From Enoplolaimus lenunculus (lineage: Eukaryota), in NCBI GenBank assembly GCA_030248215.1, contig JASANG010002509.1, positions 186,001 through 250,000 on the forward strand: 64,000 nucleotides of DNA. The letters run 5' to 3'. A program made the translations under genes and the position numbers. The notes beneath the pieces were generated by a model. That model ran no database searches, had not been told where the DNA came from, and saw only the letters and a program-made list of their open reading frames with translations. Positions 48,942 through 61,512 of the stretch are shown piece by piece. The stretch's first letter is position 1. The number at the start of each line of letters is the position of its first letter.

Positions 48942-49641
48942 GCATATTTTATAAACAGAATAGGGTACCTACACTCGCCTATTACGGACACTTGTATTAA
49001 TATGGATCCGAAGTGTTGCAGACGTTGTATTTTTGCGAAGAAATTCACCTATGTGTTCAATGATTGCTGAGTGCTAATTAGCAAGTGTCCATATATTCAA
49101 TGCAATGTCCACATAAAACTGATATAGTGCCATACACCCAAAGCCCGATAACAGTGTTTACACTGAGCTGTGGATCTAAATAGTCCATCATAGGCAAGTT
49201 TACCATTTGAAGAGAATAATTGAAAATTTTTGCCATTAAAATTTGATACGCAATCGCTTGTAGTTATAAAGTAAATTTGAAAAATGTTCAAATAACGTTT
49301 TTGTATTTACTAATAGCATAGCCTGTAGCATTAACTGTAGCAGATTTTAACGTTTTATTACAAACGACACGCTACAAAAAATTGTGAGTCAAATTGACTC
49401 TCTCCGAAATAGGCTCTAAGGAACTACACCTTAATCTACTGTTACTCCCCTTAAAGTAACATTGGTCATTATGGTCTTTTTGTCGTAAAACTTGGTCAAA
49501 TTGATAAAATAGAAATGTTTGCAAAACGAGATTTTTTGGCAATTTTCATAATTTCAGCGAATGAACGTTTTGATTAAATGCTATCACTTTTCCAACCTCG
49601 TATTATTGCTTCCTACGTTTATTTACTCGCTCATGCTCCAA

Positions 49642-49740
49642 CACTGCAAAAAATGTTGAGTCAAATTGACTCGCTCCGAAATAAGCTTTACGGAACTACA
49701 CAAACTGAGTCAAAATTCGACACCGCCTGAGTCAAACTAA
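49642..49740. mobile_element. Family P MITE, left half (another fragment at about 49370-49430)
   Basis: cactgcaaaaaatgttgagtcaaattgactc. Confidence 0.7.
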
Positions 49741-50699
49741 CTGCGACCCGCATACGACAAACGACAAACTCCTGCATTTGCGGATCTAAAAATTGGCACA
49801 GAAGTAAAGCCAAGCCAAATAAAAGAAAAGTGTGCTGAATTTTAAACCTCGCCCTTCACCGGCTAAAAAAACTACAAGACCTATCACCAACTGGTAATAG
49901 ATGGCTATACACATATAAGAATACGAGTCGTAAAGTTGCTGTCGTCCGATTTTCTCTTCTCGCACATCATTTAATATCCAAAGATATTTCTATGTTTCTA
50001 TTCAAGTATAAACCGTGCGACTCTTCATCCGAGACGCCACGCAGCGGCTTTTCGGCGATACTGGGAACAATTGACGGGACAGCGCGAGTGACCAACTGTG
50101 AGTAATGCGGTGTTTAAAGCTCAAAATGCGGACAGCTACAGCCGTGTGGTGGCAAAATCGTATAGATTTGATTTCCAAACACGGGGGTGCACGGGCGTCC
50201 GCAGAAAATTATATTTGTGGGGCATCGGATAATTTTGCGGAAGGCCTGCAATTGCAATTCAAGATTGTTTACTTTTAGACACCGAGTCTATTTCAGGGAC
50301 ACTAGCCGAATTTAGACGCGCACGGCCGCACATTGCACCTCCCCGTAGGGTCGCTGTCGCAGGGATGTATTAATGTACCAAAGTTCTTGATGGGTTTTAA
50401 TTTTAAAAACTTTATTAAAACAGACCTTTGAATTTGAAAAATATTTCAATTACTGTCTTTAAACCGGCCAAATGTAATTGTAATGAAACAGTGGTATTGT
50501 TGTAATAATTACAGGTCTCCAGAGTTCAAACAAGCGTTTCCTAAAATTGAAATTGAGTTCAAATTTAAAGTTTGGACATTTGAAAAGCAAAAAATATGAT
50601 TTGGCACAGCTGTTTGCAAGCCAAACAAATTTAGACGAGCATTTTTGTAACCAGAATGGGAGCCAAATACAGCACCTGACTTTTAAATGTAGACGCTAA

Positions 50700-50873
50700 A
50701 CCTTACTTTTAAGACCTTACAGTAGATTAAGCGTATTCCTAAAACGAACCGTTGCAAAACCGTAATCCTAAACTTAAGCCTAAGCCTAAGCAAAAATATA
50801 TATTCTAGAATCTAAATCTACTCTTTTATAGATCCACCAGAAACCTGAACGCCCCATAAAAGTAACATAGGCC
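50700..50873 (-). mobile_element. Telomere-repeat MITE, subfamily B, decayed
   Basis: acgccccataaaagtaacataggcc end; GCCTAA tract. Confidence 0.7.
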
Positions 50874-51215
50874 TATTCTGTCGTAAAGCAAATTAAATTT
50901 GAAACTTTCACTCTTGTAGTCTAGAGATAAAAGGCATTATTGTTCCAGCGATGAAAAGATGTACGGCGAACTGTGGAGGACTTTAATGGGACGTTGCGTT
51001 TAAACTTTTATACTCAATTCCGGTATATATTAAAGTTGAAATGAGCTGTTATCTTAAACTCGAAGTCGTATATACCCCTGGAACATGGTTACTTAAAAGG
51101 TTTTTAATTTTAACTAAATTCAAATAGCGATGAGCAATGGCAAAGTTACGTAGTTTTTTTGATGGTAAAATATTTCCTAAGTTTAAGCGACAGGACGTTG
51201 AAGCTAAAACGTTTA

Positions 51216-51453
51216 GTCTCATGTTTAGAACAGGGCCGTAACGTTTTCCGGCTGGACTGTAATAAGGTAAGCTTATGCTTTAGATTAATTTTTTGCTTAG
51301 GCTTAGGCTTAGGCTTAGGTGTAGGCTCATTCTAATGCTTACGCTTAGGCTTAGGTTTAGGAATATGCTCATTCATACGCTTAGGTTTAGGCTTAGGCTT
51401 AGGCTTAGGGATATGCTTATGCTACTGTTCCGGCCCTGTTCTATACATTGGCA
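51216..51453 (+). mobile_element. Telomere-repeat MITE, subfamily C
   Basis: catgtttagaacagggccg ... cggccctgttctatacattggc. Confidence 0.82.
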
Positions 51454-51719
51454 TTTTTTTCAACAATAAAGTGTTAATTTTTAAACGCTCTGCTTATCAC
51501 GGCTGATTTATCACGTACAACTAGTAAAAGTCTAGCTGGTATAATCGTCAGCTCAACGAAAATCGATTATTTTCATTCTTGCAAGATTTCAACCGAAACG
51601 TTTAACTGCAATTGGAATTCAATTTTTTTGCCGGAATCACAATCTCAGCGTACGTCGAAATGTTACAACGATTTTAACCGTAATTAGAATTTCGTTGGAA
51701 TCCTGCAGAGTAGTTTAAT

Positions 51720-51956
51720 GGCCCATGTAAAGATCAGGGGCGAAACGTTTTTCTGTGCGACTGCAATACAGTAAGCTTAAGCTTTAGACCATTTTTTGCT
51801 TGGCTTACGCTTAAGCTTAGGCTTAGGAATAAACTCATTCTTACGGTTAGGCTTAGGCTTAGCCTTAGAAATAAACTCATTGTTACGCTTAGGCTTACGT
51901 CTAGGCTTAGGTATATTGCTTATAGTACTGTTCCGCCCCTATTGTTTACATTGGCC
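51720..51956 (+). mobile_element. Telomere-repeat MITE, subfamily A, flanked by a 23-bp duplication
   Basis: Both TIRs; flanks ggaatcctgcagagtagtttaat / ggaaccctgcagagtggtttaat. Confidence 0.88.
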
Positions 51957-52644
51957 GGAACCCTGCAGAGTGGTTTAATATAGGCAATTTATCAGACATT
52001 GCCGCCAAGATTAATTAAGATTGACGGTTCAAGAGATATTAGCGAAATGCGATACAAAGTGTTTAGTCCGTTTTATTGTCTCGTACTCCTTTGCGGCATA
52101 ATATTTATACTTGACGTCACAGTGACGTCATGGGCCGCAGTCTGTCATGATTGGTTATTAAAGCTAATTATCAGATGGACTCCAGATGAGTTTTCAGCAC
52201 GTTTGTAGCCAGCTCGGAGCAAACGTATTGTCAGGAGGAGCGTACTAGGGTTTCGATGACTTACGAGCAAGGTTGAAAATTTTCGAGGGGGCAATATTCT
52301 TCCAGACGGATAAGCCCTTGGCATCTCTCTTGCGATGGGCACGGTTTTGTATCCTAATGCTTAGGCGGTCGTGTGACCGCCGATCAGGAAAGCATGCAAT
52401 ACTTGGAAAAGGGAACGTTACCCGTCTCGAAATCTCTGCCGAGATAAAAAAATCCACTATTAACAGGGTTTACAGTAACCTTTTACAAACGCAAGAGGTG
52501 AAAGAACATTTAGGTTAAAGGTTACCTCGTCCTGAAATCACAGTGCTGGTTAAGAGCCTGGCGCCGCAGGTATGTGTATGAGACGTGCAGTTGCTTGCCC
52601 TCCACTAGCAATCCTAAGCCATTTTTATACAGAGAAATATATAA

Positions 52645-52872
52645 AATTGTATAGAACATGGCCGGAACAGTAGTATAAGCATATCCTAAGCCTAAACCTA
52701 AACCTAAGCCTAAGCCTAAGCATGAACCTAAGCCTAAGCCTAAACCTAAGCCTAAGCCTAAGCATGAACCTAAGCCTAAGCCTAAACCTAAGCAAAAAAT
52801 TAGTCTAAAGCTTAAACTGACTCTATTATAGCTCCTCAGGAAGACGATCCGGCCCTGTCCTATGCATGGGCC
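52645..52872 (-). mobile_element. Telomere-repeat MITE, subfamily C
   Basis: tgtatagaacatggccgga ... tccggccctgtcctatgcatgggcc. Confidence 0.82.
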
Positions 52873-54298
52873 CAAAATTTTTTTAGTCCATTTACGTCTG
52901 CAAAACAAAATATACACCTCATTTTGGAGCAAAAGAACGCATATCTTTCAGAATCTGTTTGGTTACATTAATAATCGCTGTTACTGAACACATGCATCAT
53001 ACACTATCTTTATCATCGGTCCCTTAAGGCTTTATAAATCAAAATAGTCCAGCTTGGCATCGTTGTTTATTATCTCTCAAAACAAAGCATCAGTGGTCCA
53101 ACTCGAAATAGCTCCACGCCATAGCGGACGACGCTCGAAACGAGAATGCGTCAAGGAGGGAAGTTAATTTAAATTTTACATTGAAAGACAAATATTCAGC
53201 TTTTATAGCTAAAGATGACCACAACCGGCCACTTTCTACATCACTTTGACCTGTCTAAATAAATCCACTGATTAGCATATTCAGCGCTGTATACATATAC
53301 CTTTAACCCAGCCTCTTAACTAGCATCAGTGCCGGAGTAGACAGGGGTAGGGTGTCCCCACAAACTCCCTAGCGTGAGGCCCCCCCAAACTTGTGAGCGA
53401 AGTAAGCAAGAAGCCAGAACCGGTTAGGGCGGGTGCCCCTTTACAGGCGGGTCCGCCCCAAATGGGGATATGGGGGTGGCTACTCCGGCCTCGAGTAGCA
53501 TTTGACACTAAAAAGGGGTCAGAAAAATTTATTGAGAGAGCAGGAACCGTTTTTGTAATACAGAATTGCTTTACTACTGTATATATACTGTTGTATTAAG
53601 AGACTAAGATAGCCCCCAGGGTGGCGCTCTTCTTAAAATACGTCCTGTAGTTACAGCCCTAATGGTACTGTTGTCTTTAGAAAGACTGGCTAAATTTGTT
53701 TAAGAAATTATCGCTCAACTAATTCCTGATCAGTTCTAATGTGGTGGGTGGTCACTTAGAGTAAAGTTTGAAACGCACGAACGTCTTCCCTTGGTCTAAG
53801 GCTGATGATTGCTGCCAAAGTTTGTTCAGCAGACTCAATTGAGTTAAGAGTGGACATCTTCCATTAATGTACATTAAAATTTGTCGGCATAATAGAGTTC
53901 CGGCCTCATCATAAAATGATGCATAACCGGAACCGGAATTAATGAAATTTGCGTTGATGGACGGCTAATAAGTGTGTTTATGAGGGGTGGAAGGAAATGG
54001 GTAAAAGCTAACCATATGAAATCGGGCCCGTTATAGGAGTTAACAGACGCTGTATCGTAACTCAGCATGGGTGGGTTTAGCTTAGCTCCAAGTTTGAACC
54101 AATTATATTTCAATATATTAAGATTGGCCTAACTGTATTTGAAATTATAAACTGCGTTATTCTAAATAGACCATGAAATTTTTAAGTAATATTTTATGGG
54201 TTATATTTAAATTACATATATTATGATTATAGTATTCGTTTACAGGATATACCTGTACATATAAAAAATAGGAACCACATGGGGTTCAGCGTTACTTC

Positions 54299-54539
54299 GG
54301 CCCATGTATATAGAAGAGGGCCGGAACAGTAGTACAAGCGTTTTCCTAACCCTCAGTCTAAGCCTAAGAATGAGCTTAAGCGTAAGGATGAGCCTATTCC
54401 TAAGCCTAAGCCTAAACCTAAACCTAAGCCTAAGCCTAAGCCTAAGGCCAGGCCGAAACAAAAAAGTTAGTCTAAAGCATAAGCTGACTCTATTACAGCC
54501 CCGCAGGAAAATGTTCCGACCCTGGTCTATACATGGGCC
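54299..54539 (-). mobile_element. Telomere-repeat MITE, subfamily C
   Basis: Both TIRs; TSD gttacttc/gttacctc. Confidence 0.88.
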
Positions 54540-54604
54540 GTTACCTCTAACGCACAGCTATCAGAAATATTGCGTTTTCGGCAATGGTTACCAGCTAAGT
54601 GTTA

Positions 54605-54908
54605 AGCCGTATTCACACGTGCAAGTTTTCGCAGCAAAAACTTGCACTTGCAACTTGCATGTGCAACTTTGGTCATAAAGCAGCTTTGACGTTCGTGCAG
54701 CTGCCAATTTTTCACTCGAATTCATGCCAATTTAATTTAATAATTCGCACCTGTGAGCGCAGTTGCAAGTCGCTTGAATTTCTTACACGTGCAGTTTGAT
54801 TGGTCAATCGGAACGTTCCTTTGAAAATACTTGCAGCTGCAAATTTTGCGGTTCAAGTTACAGCTGCAAGTTTTCTGACTGCAAAAACTTACACGTGTGA
54901 ATGCGGCT
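54605..54908. mobile_element. MITE family R
   Basis: ttaagccgtattcacacgtgcaagtttt ... aaaacttacacgtgtgaatgcggcttaa. Confidence 0.85.
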
Positions 54909-55825
54909 TAACACCTTCTAGTTTATGTCTCATTTTGTAGACGGTTTGTCGAGTAATTTCAGACATTTTCGTGACACAACAAAATAAAAACCTAAAAGTA
55001 AAGCTTACAACTTCGACTGGGGCATTCGAATAGTTGATTGCGGCGGTCGAAACTGGAAAATATCACACAAACATTCCAAGAAAATACCGTGAGACCATTG
55101 AATAATTTAAACGTCTTAGAAAATTAATCGTATTTTTGCCAAAATTCATTCCGTTTTCGTAGCTGCTGTTTCGTACTTGGCTAAAATTAGTACGGTTAGC
55201 TTTCACTTTACCTTACGAATTATTACAAATTACATTTGGGTTTTTCGCGTTTAGCCGTCTATATGGTGCCCCAAAGTATGTGGGCCCCCAATTCATTTGA
55301 CTCAGCTACACCGCCTTTGGATACATTATTAACTTTCTTTTATGACCGCTGGGGTATAAGGTTCTGTTTGCCTATACCCAAACTGGAACTTGAGGACTTG
55401 CCCCCACGTTGAATATTGCTTACACTTAAGCTTAACTGGAACTTTGCTAAACGCTTAGGCAAACGATTAAGCAAGATTAAAATATGCTTAGGTGATACTT
55501 TTCGAAACCTGAGAGCCTAAAACGAAGGCTGAGTCTAAGACTAAAGCTTAAGCCTATATATTTGCAATGGAAAACGATTAAAATTCTTCAAATTTTGTCT
55601 TTGATTTACAAACTCTAAGACTATCAATACAGCGACAGTTTACAAAGCTCAGCTCAGTCAGAAAGACCTTGAAAATTATTCTCTCACCCGATATATAAAG
55701 CATTGTTCAAAATTGAGGGAAATGTTTAAAATTGAGGGAAAAACTTTAATGCAAGTTCGTACTCGAACGCGTATACTAAATTATAAGTTGCAATCAGCAA
55801 CTTGCGGTTTAACGCCCAAAGCGCA

Positions 55826-55925
55826 ATATATATATATATATATATTTATTTAGATATATATATATATATATTTATATATATTTATATGTATATATTTATA
55901 TGTATATATATGTATATATTTATTA
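55826..55925. repeat. Degenerate (AT)n microsatellite (similar tract at about 59290-59375)
   Basis: Direct reading. Confidence 0.85.
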
Positions 55926-57411
55926 TGGCTATAATTCATTTTTACTAAGTGAATTTTCAAGGAGCAACAATTTGATGACTCTACAATTAAGTGCCATTCA
56001 TATGCGCTCGTAATGCAATGACCGTTGAAGAAAGTTAAGTGTGAAAATTGCATATTTTTGTGTGAAAAGATTTTTAGACAGCAGCATGTAAATGGGTTTG
56101 AACACAAGCCCTAAGGACATGAAACACATTGGTCCGATTTTAAGGTTCTGTGAAAATAAAGCTGATGCTACCAAACATTTGGTATTAAGCTTCTATCAGG
56201 TATTAACACATAGAATATTAATTAAACTATCAACGAAGCTGCTGAAACCAAATTATCGTCGAAATGCTGGTTATTTTTGGGCGATATGTTTGCCTAAATA
56301 AACAAAACTGCATATAGAAACTTATAATACGGTTCCATACATTTTACTTTGTTACTGAATTGAAAGAATGCATTTTTTAGTTTATTTCATTTAAAACTTT
56401 AAAATATATTTTTCACCCAAAGTTCAACCTTTTGTTCAAGGAATGCGACCCCGTCTACAGATATCTTTGCGCGCGCCCCCGGTCGAAATATTAGCTTTAA
56501 AAGAATTCTATGTTGAAAAATTTTGTTGTTCATATCAACTACAGTTTCATCTCGAGTAACAATTGTTGGTTGTGTGCCTGACGTAAACCTGAAATTGAAA
56601 AGAAAACATAAAATTAACCAATTTTAGGCAAACTGGCTAGACATTTTTAGTTCAACGTTGCGAACAAAGAGTTCAATTTTCGGCCTGTATATCTAGGTAT
56701 ATAAAAGCCAAGGTACAGCCTGGTGCTCCTACGTTATGAAAGCATCTTTTATCCTGACACGCGGCGCTGTGTTTAGGTCAACGCAAAAGTTTTCCCTGGT
56801 TCTTGTGAGAAAAATTACATTTTTTTCTCATGGAATTATATTTAGTTTTTCGTTTGAAAATAGTCGCTTTGATCAAAGTAATCTTGTGCCAGGGTCGAAA
56901 TTGCATTTTTTCGAACTATGAGACAACCCAATGAATGGGTTAAAACTCTAAAACCAGGTTTAATATTCAAGACCAATTAGGTTTTGGGATCTACGTCAAA
57001 CCATCTGTGTTTACGGTTCCGTATTTGTCGCTGTTTTACTTCGTGCCGCAAGCAGATTTTTTTGCTAGGCTTAAGCAGCATGCGGTAATGATCAGGGCCA
57101 TATTTAGGTACCATTTTTCAGGAGGATATATTAAAATTTTAAACCTACAAAGACAGCCATTTTTTTGTTGTGCCGCCGGAAATTTCAGGCGCTCATATAT
57201 TCCCTTTATTTTTCTTGTAAGCGTCACCCGAATGTTTTACATTACAAACTTAACGCTACGCACAACATTTTAAAATTGATTTTACTCGAAAACTTGACAA
57301 GAACTTCTATTTGCAAAAAAAATTGGCACTACAGAGGCACTATAAAGGGTGTAAGTTTCCACCCTGAGACAACAGCTACGACCCAAACGCAATACCTTGA
57401 TTAACATAATT

Positions 57412-57596
57412 GACCAATGTATAGAACAGGACCGGAACAGTAGTATAACCATATTTCTAAGCCTAAGCCGAAGCCTAAGCGTAAAGATGAGCCTATTCCT
57501 AAGCCTAACCTAAGCCATAAAGTTAGCCTAAAGCTTAAACTGACTCTAATTACGGCCCCGCTGGAAAACGATCCGGCGCTGTCCTTTACATACGCC
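57412..57596 (-). mobile_element. Telomere-repeat MITE, subfamily C
   Basis: gaccaatgtatagaacaggaccgga ... ctgtcctttacatacgcc. Confidence 0.8.
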
Positions 57597-58198
57597 GACA
57601 AATTAATGCAAGAAATACGACTACGCCTATCTTCACTATCAAAAAAGTCTAAACTTTAAGCTTAATATTTATTGTACTGCGGTCCTGGTTGAAAAACGGT
57701 ACGCCCCTCAAAGTAACATGGGTCAACGAACATGCCCACATATTCAATAGCGTCATGAGACATGCGTACACACCACTTAAGATAGTAGAGACTGCTTTTC
57801 TTAACAGGGTCAAATTATACGATAATTTGTTTGTTTGTCATCCAGAAGCCTTGAACCAAATGAGTGCTCTAAACATCTCTTTTGATTGAAATTTTAAATT
57901 AAAATTGAAACCGGCAAATCACTTTGAAATGCAATTATATATTTACGGTAGCACGAGAGACAGAGAGAGACAGAGAAAGTTGAGTGATATTTCCTGTGAA
58001 TAGCAAAACTCAGCCTAAACTCTGGACTTGAAGATAAACATTTCGGCTCATGTATAGAACAGGGCCGGATCGTTTTCTGGCGCGGCTGTAATAGAGTCAG
58101 CCTAAGCTTTAATAACTAAACGCTTAGTTAAATATGCTGATTTCAGCTGCAACCGTCCGACGTATAAGACCATTTTTACACGGTATATTCTATATAAT

Positions 58199-58387
58199 CG
58201 CCCATGTATAGATCAAGAGCGGACAGTTTTAATGCCGGACTCCAACAGAGTATATTTAGGCTTTAGAGATTTCTTTTCTTACTTAGGCTTTTGCTTAGGT
58301 ATAGGTTTATTCTTACGCTTAAAGTTAGATTAGGTTAAGGAATATGCGTAATATACTACTGTTATGGCTTTGATCAATACGTTAGCC
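58199..58387 (+). mobile_element. Telomere-repeat MITE, old and decayed (partial copies at about 58045-58125 and 62132-62180)
   Basis: gcccatgtatagatcaa ... ttgatcaatacgttagcc. Confidence 0.65.
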
Positions 58388-58409
58388 GACAATTGATTCG
58401 CAAACTCAG

Positions 58410-58669
58410 GTTTTTCCTGCGAGAATTTGCAGTTGCAAATTGCACGCAGAACTTGCAGTTCTTCATCAGCCAATGAGAATGCAAATGTAATAACTTCATT
58501 GAACTTGCATAGTTATTCTTCACACATGTGAACTAAATTTCTAGCTTTAATTTTTAATGAATCATTTCCAGCTCTGCAAGTTTTTCGAACGGGATTTTGG
58601 ACCCAACTTTCAAGTGCAAATTGCAGCTGTAAGTTCTCGTAGCACAAACTTGCACGTGTGAATAGGGCT
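58410..58669. mobile_element. MITE family R, right part
   Basis: Colinear with 12390-12873; ends cttgcacgtgtgaatagggct|tta. Confidence 0.8.
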
Positions 58670-59604
58670 TTATTTAAAAACAAACAATGCGGGTAGACGT
58701 CGAACGAATATTTATTTTGTAAGGTCTGTTTTTTCCAAATCGTTGTATTGTTCTTGTTTCCAAATTTTTGGCAATTTTAATGTGAGTTGTTACACTTTAT
58801 TTGTTTTTGGTGATTTAATTACGGTGTCACTCGCTCGTCACAATTTTTTAAATTGCAAGCGATGAGTATATGAATCACGGGCGTCCGTAGAAAATTATAT
58901 TTGTAGGGACACCAAATAATCTTAGAAGCCTCCTACAAATGCCATTCTAGATTGTTTACTTTAAGGACGTGTCCATTTTGTGGGGTACCAGCCCGAATTT
59001 GGCCCGGGGACACGGTTCCCCTCAACAGATATCGATGTAAACGTTGCAGTGAGCGTTTAGCGAATCGTTTATTGGAACAGTTGGTTATTATAAAAGCCGT
59101 ATTTTGAATTATTTGAAACCACTCGCAAGATGAGTTGTTTAATTACAACGATTTTATTTTTAAGAATTTTACTCAAATAAAACTTTCCTGAAATATTGTT
59201 GGCAGCTGTAAGATTGGAAGCCGAATAACAAATGCGGTAATGCAGAATGCTGATGACTCTGCTTGATATATAAGTAATCCAGTATACACACATATATATA
59301 TAAATATATATATATATATATTTACATATTTAAATATATTTATATATATTTATATATATTTATATATATTTATATAAGTTATGTGCAGAATTGTACACTT
59401 TCGTTTACAAGCTTAAGCCGAAGCCTAAATCTGAACTTCAGATGTGTCAAAACCTGAAAATATATCGAAAACTGCATAGTAAGAACCGGAACAAGACGCA
59501 TTTGTGCTTAACTGCAATCGCGATAAAAACAAATATCCGAAATAGGCCGATTTCTCATGAATTTTGAACGTATTTATTCAGCACAGTTATATTACACAAA
59601 GCGA

Positions 59605-60456
59605 GGCCAATGTAAAAAACAGGGGCGAAACAGTGTTATAAGCATATTCCTAAGCCTAATGCGGGGTTCACGTTATAACCGGGGCAGCTTGGGACACGTT
59701 TTGTCCCTATTAGACTATTGGGTAACATTTTGTCTGCTTATTAACCCCGTATCGTATTCAAAAATTCGTATTTGTCTGCTATTATCATGTGTGGATCACC
59801 ATTTGTTTTTCAATATCATATGATATTTGACGGGTTGTCTACGAATATCATATGACATTTTTTCAAATGTCTGCATACTTGAGGTAACATACCCAAATTG
59901 TCCTGTTGAATACCATATCATACTAAAATTTGAAATTTGAATTTTTGAATTTTGAAGCTGTGGTTCAAAGCGATTTTGTGTCGGAAACGGTTTGCAGGCA
60001 TGTATTTGGTATTTTTAGCACATTTGTGCCGCTACCATCCGACTTTGTTAATTTATTAGTGCCCAACGGTTACACTGTCCCGCTGAATATCATATGATAT
60101 TCGTTGAAAATTTTGAATATCATATGATATTAGTGTAAATGTCCTACAGTATCACGTGACAAACCGTCCCTTGTACACATTGATCATTTGAGAGCGGTGG
60201 TTTGTAAGCTAATGTCATATGACATTCGAGTTTTGTCTGTCGGCCCAATATAACAGCCCAAATTTTAACGTTGATGTCGAATCAACATGGGACAAACCGT
60301 GTCCCGCATGCCCAGGTTATAACGTGAACCCCGCATAAGCCTAAGTCTAAGAGCCTAAACCTAAGCGTAAGCCAAGCAAAAAATTAGCCTAAAGCTTAAG
60401 CTTACTCTATTGCAGCCCCACAGAAAAACGTTCCGCCACTGATCTTTACATGTGCG
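59605..60456 (-). mobile_element. Telomere-repeat MITE, subfamily A, split by a nested element
   Basis: ggccaatgtaaaaaacaggggcg at left and gttccgccactgatctttacatg at right. Confidence 0.85.
59660..60335. mobile_element. TGCGGGGTTCACGTTATAA-TIR element nested in a GCCTAA tract
   Basis: taagcctaa|tgcggggttcacgttataacc ... ggttataacgtgaaccccgca|taagcctaa; perfect 21-bp TIR. Confidence 0.92.
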
Positions 60457-60982
60457 CAAGGTAAAAAGGATAAACTTTCTTGTTCATGAATAGACAATGA
60501 ACCAAATACGGAGGACTCTCCTTCTACTGATATTTTCGCCTTCTGGCAGAAAATATTTTAGCAGCATTAAAACATTCTCCTGGTACCGTAAAACTTTGTC
60601 ATATCCTCTGGAAATATTTTTGCTCCCCTGTACTAAAAATTTGTGGCTGTGGTTGGTGGGGGGGTTGGCTGGCTGCTGTCAGAAAAATTATAAATATAAA
60701 ATGTGTCTGAAATTTTTGAAAATCTCAAAAAGATGCGTCAAATGTTTTTTATAAATATTTCAATTAGCAGTACATCGTTTTCATTTAATTCAGCGACAAA
60801 TTTAAAGTTTATTGTTGACCGTGGAAAAAATAGCTTTAAAATGCATCTAAAACTGCAATATTTTCCGTGCATTGAAAAATTTTTTAAGTGTTTCCTATTA
60901 TTTGTAGCATTTTTGGACGAAATAAATATAAGTGCGACAATACCTTAATTCGTTTAAGCATGGTTCAATTTGTAAGGGTGTG

Positions 60983-61219
60983 GGCTAATGTAAAAACCTG
61001 GGGCAGAACTGTATAATAAGTATATTCCTAAGCCTAAGCCAAAGCCTAAGCCTTAACGTAAGAATGAGCATATTCCTAAGCCTAAGCCTAAGCGTATAAA
61101 TGAGCATATATCCAAGCCTAAGCCTAAGCCTAAGCCAAGCAAAAAAATTGGTATAAAGCTTAATCTTACTCTATAGCAGTCCCACAAAAAACGTTCCGCC
61201 CCTGATCTTTACATGGGTC
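60983..61219 (-). mobile_element. Telomere-repeat MITE, subfamily A
   Basis: Both TIRs; TSD agggtgtg/gggatgtg. Confidence 0.85.
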
Positions 61220-61411
61220 GGGATGTGGAACGCTAGGCTTATATAAAGCTGCCGCTACTGTTTTCAAATGGTTCCGATTTTAGCCATCTTTATGATTAGG
61301 CGTAAGGCAGATTTAGTCCGGCGAGTTAAAAGTAATGAGATCTGTGGAGGCATCGGTTAGAAACTCTACATTTTAATTTGGTATCGGTTCGACACGACTA
61401 ATTTGAGTACC

Positions 61412-61512
61412 AGGCTTAAAGTTAGGCTTAGGCTTAGCTTAGGCTTAGGCTTAGCTTAGGCTTAGACATAGGCTTAGGCTTAGGCTTAGGCTTAGGCTTA
61501 GGCTTTAGCTTT
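61412..61512 (+). repeat. Short interstitial (TTAGGC)n tract without MITE TIRs
   Basis: About 15 perfect or degenerate hexamers. Confidence 0.85.

Noticed and set aside
52145..52518. Overlapping short ORFs in a GC-richer patch
   Set aside because: The 5' part matches the family H MITE interior (gggtttcgatgacttacgagcaagg, compare 29145 and 17685); no recognisable protein.
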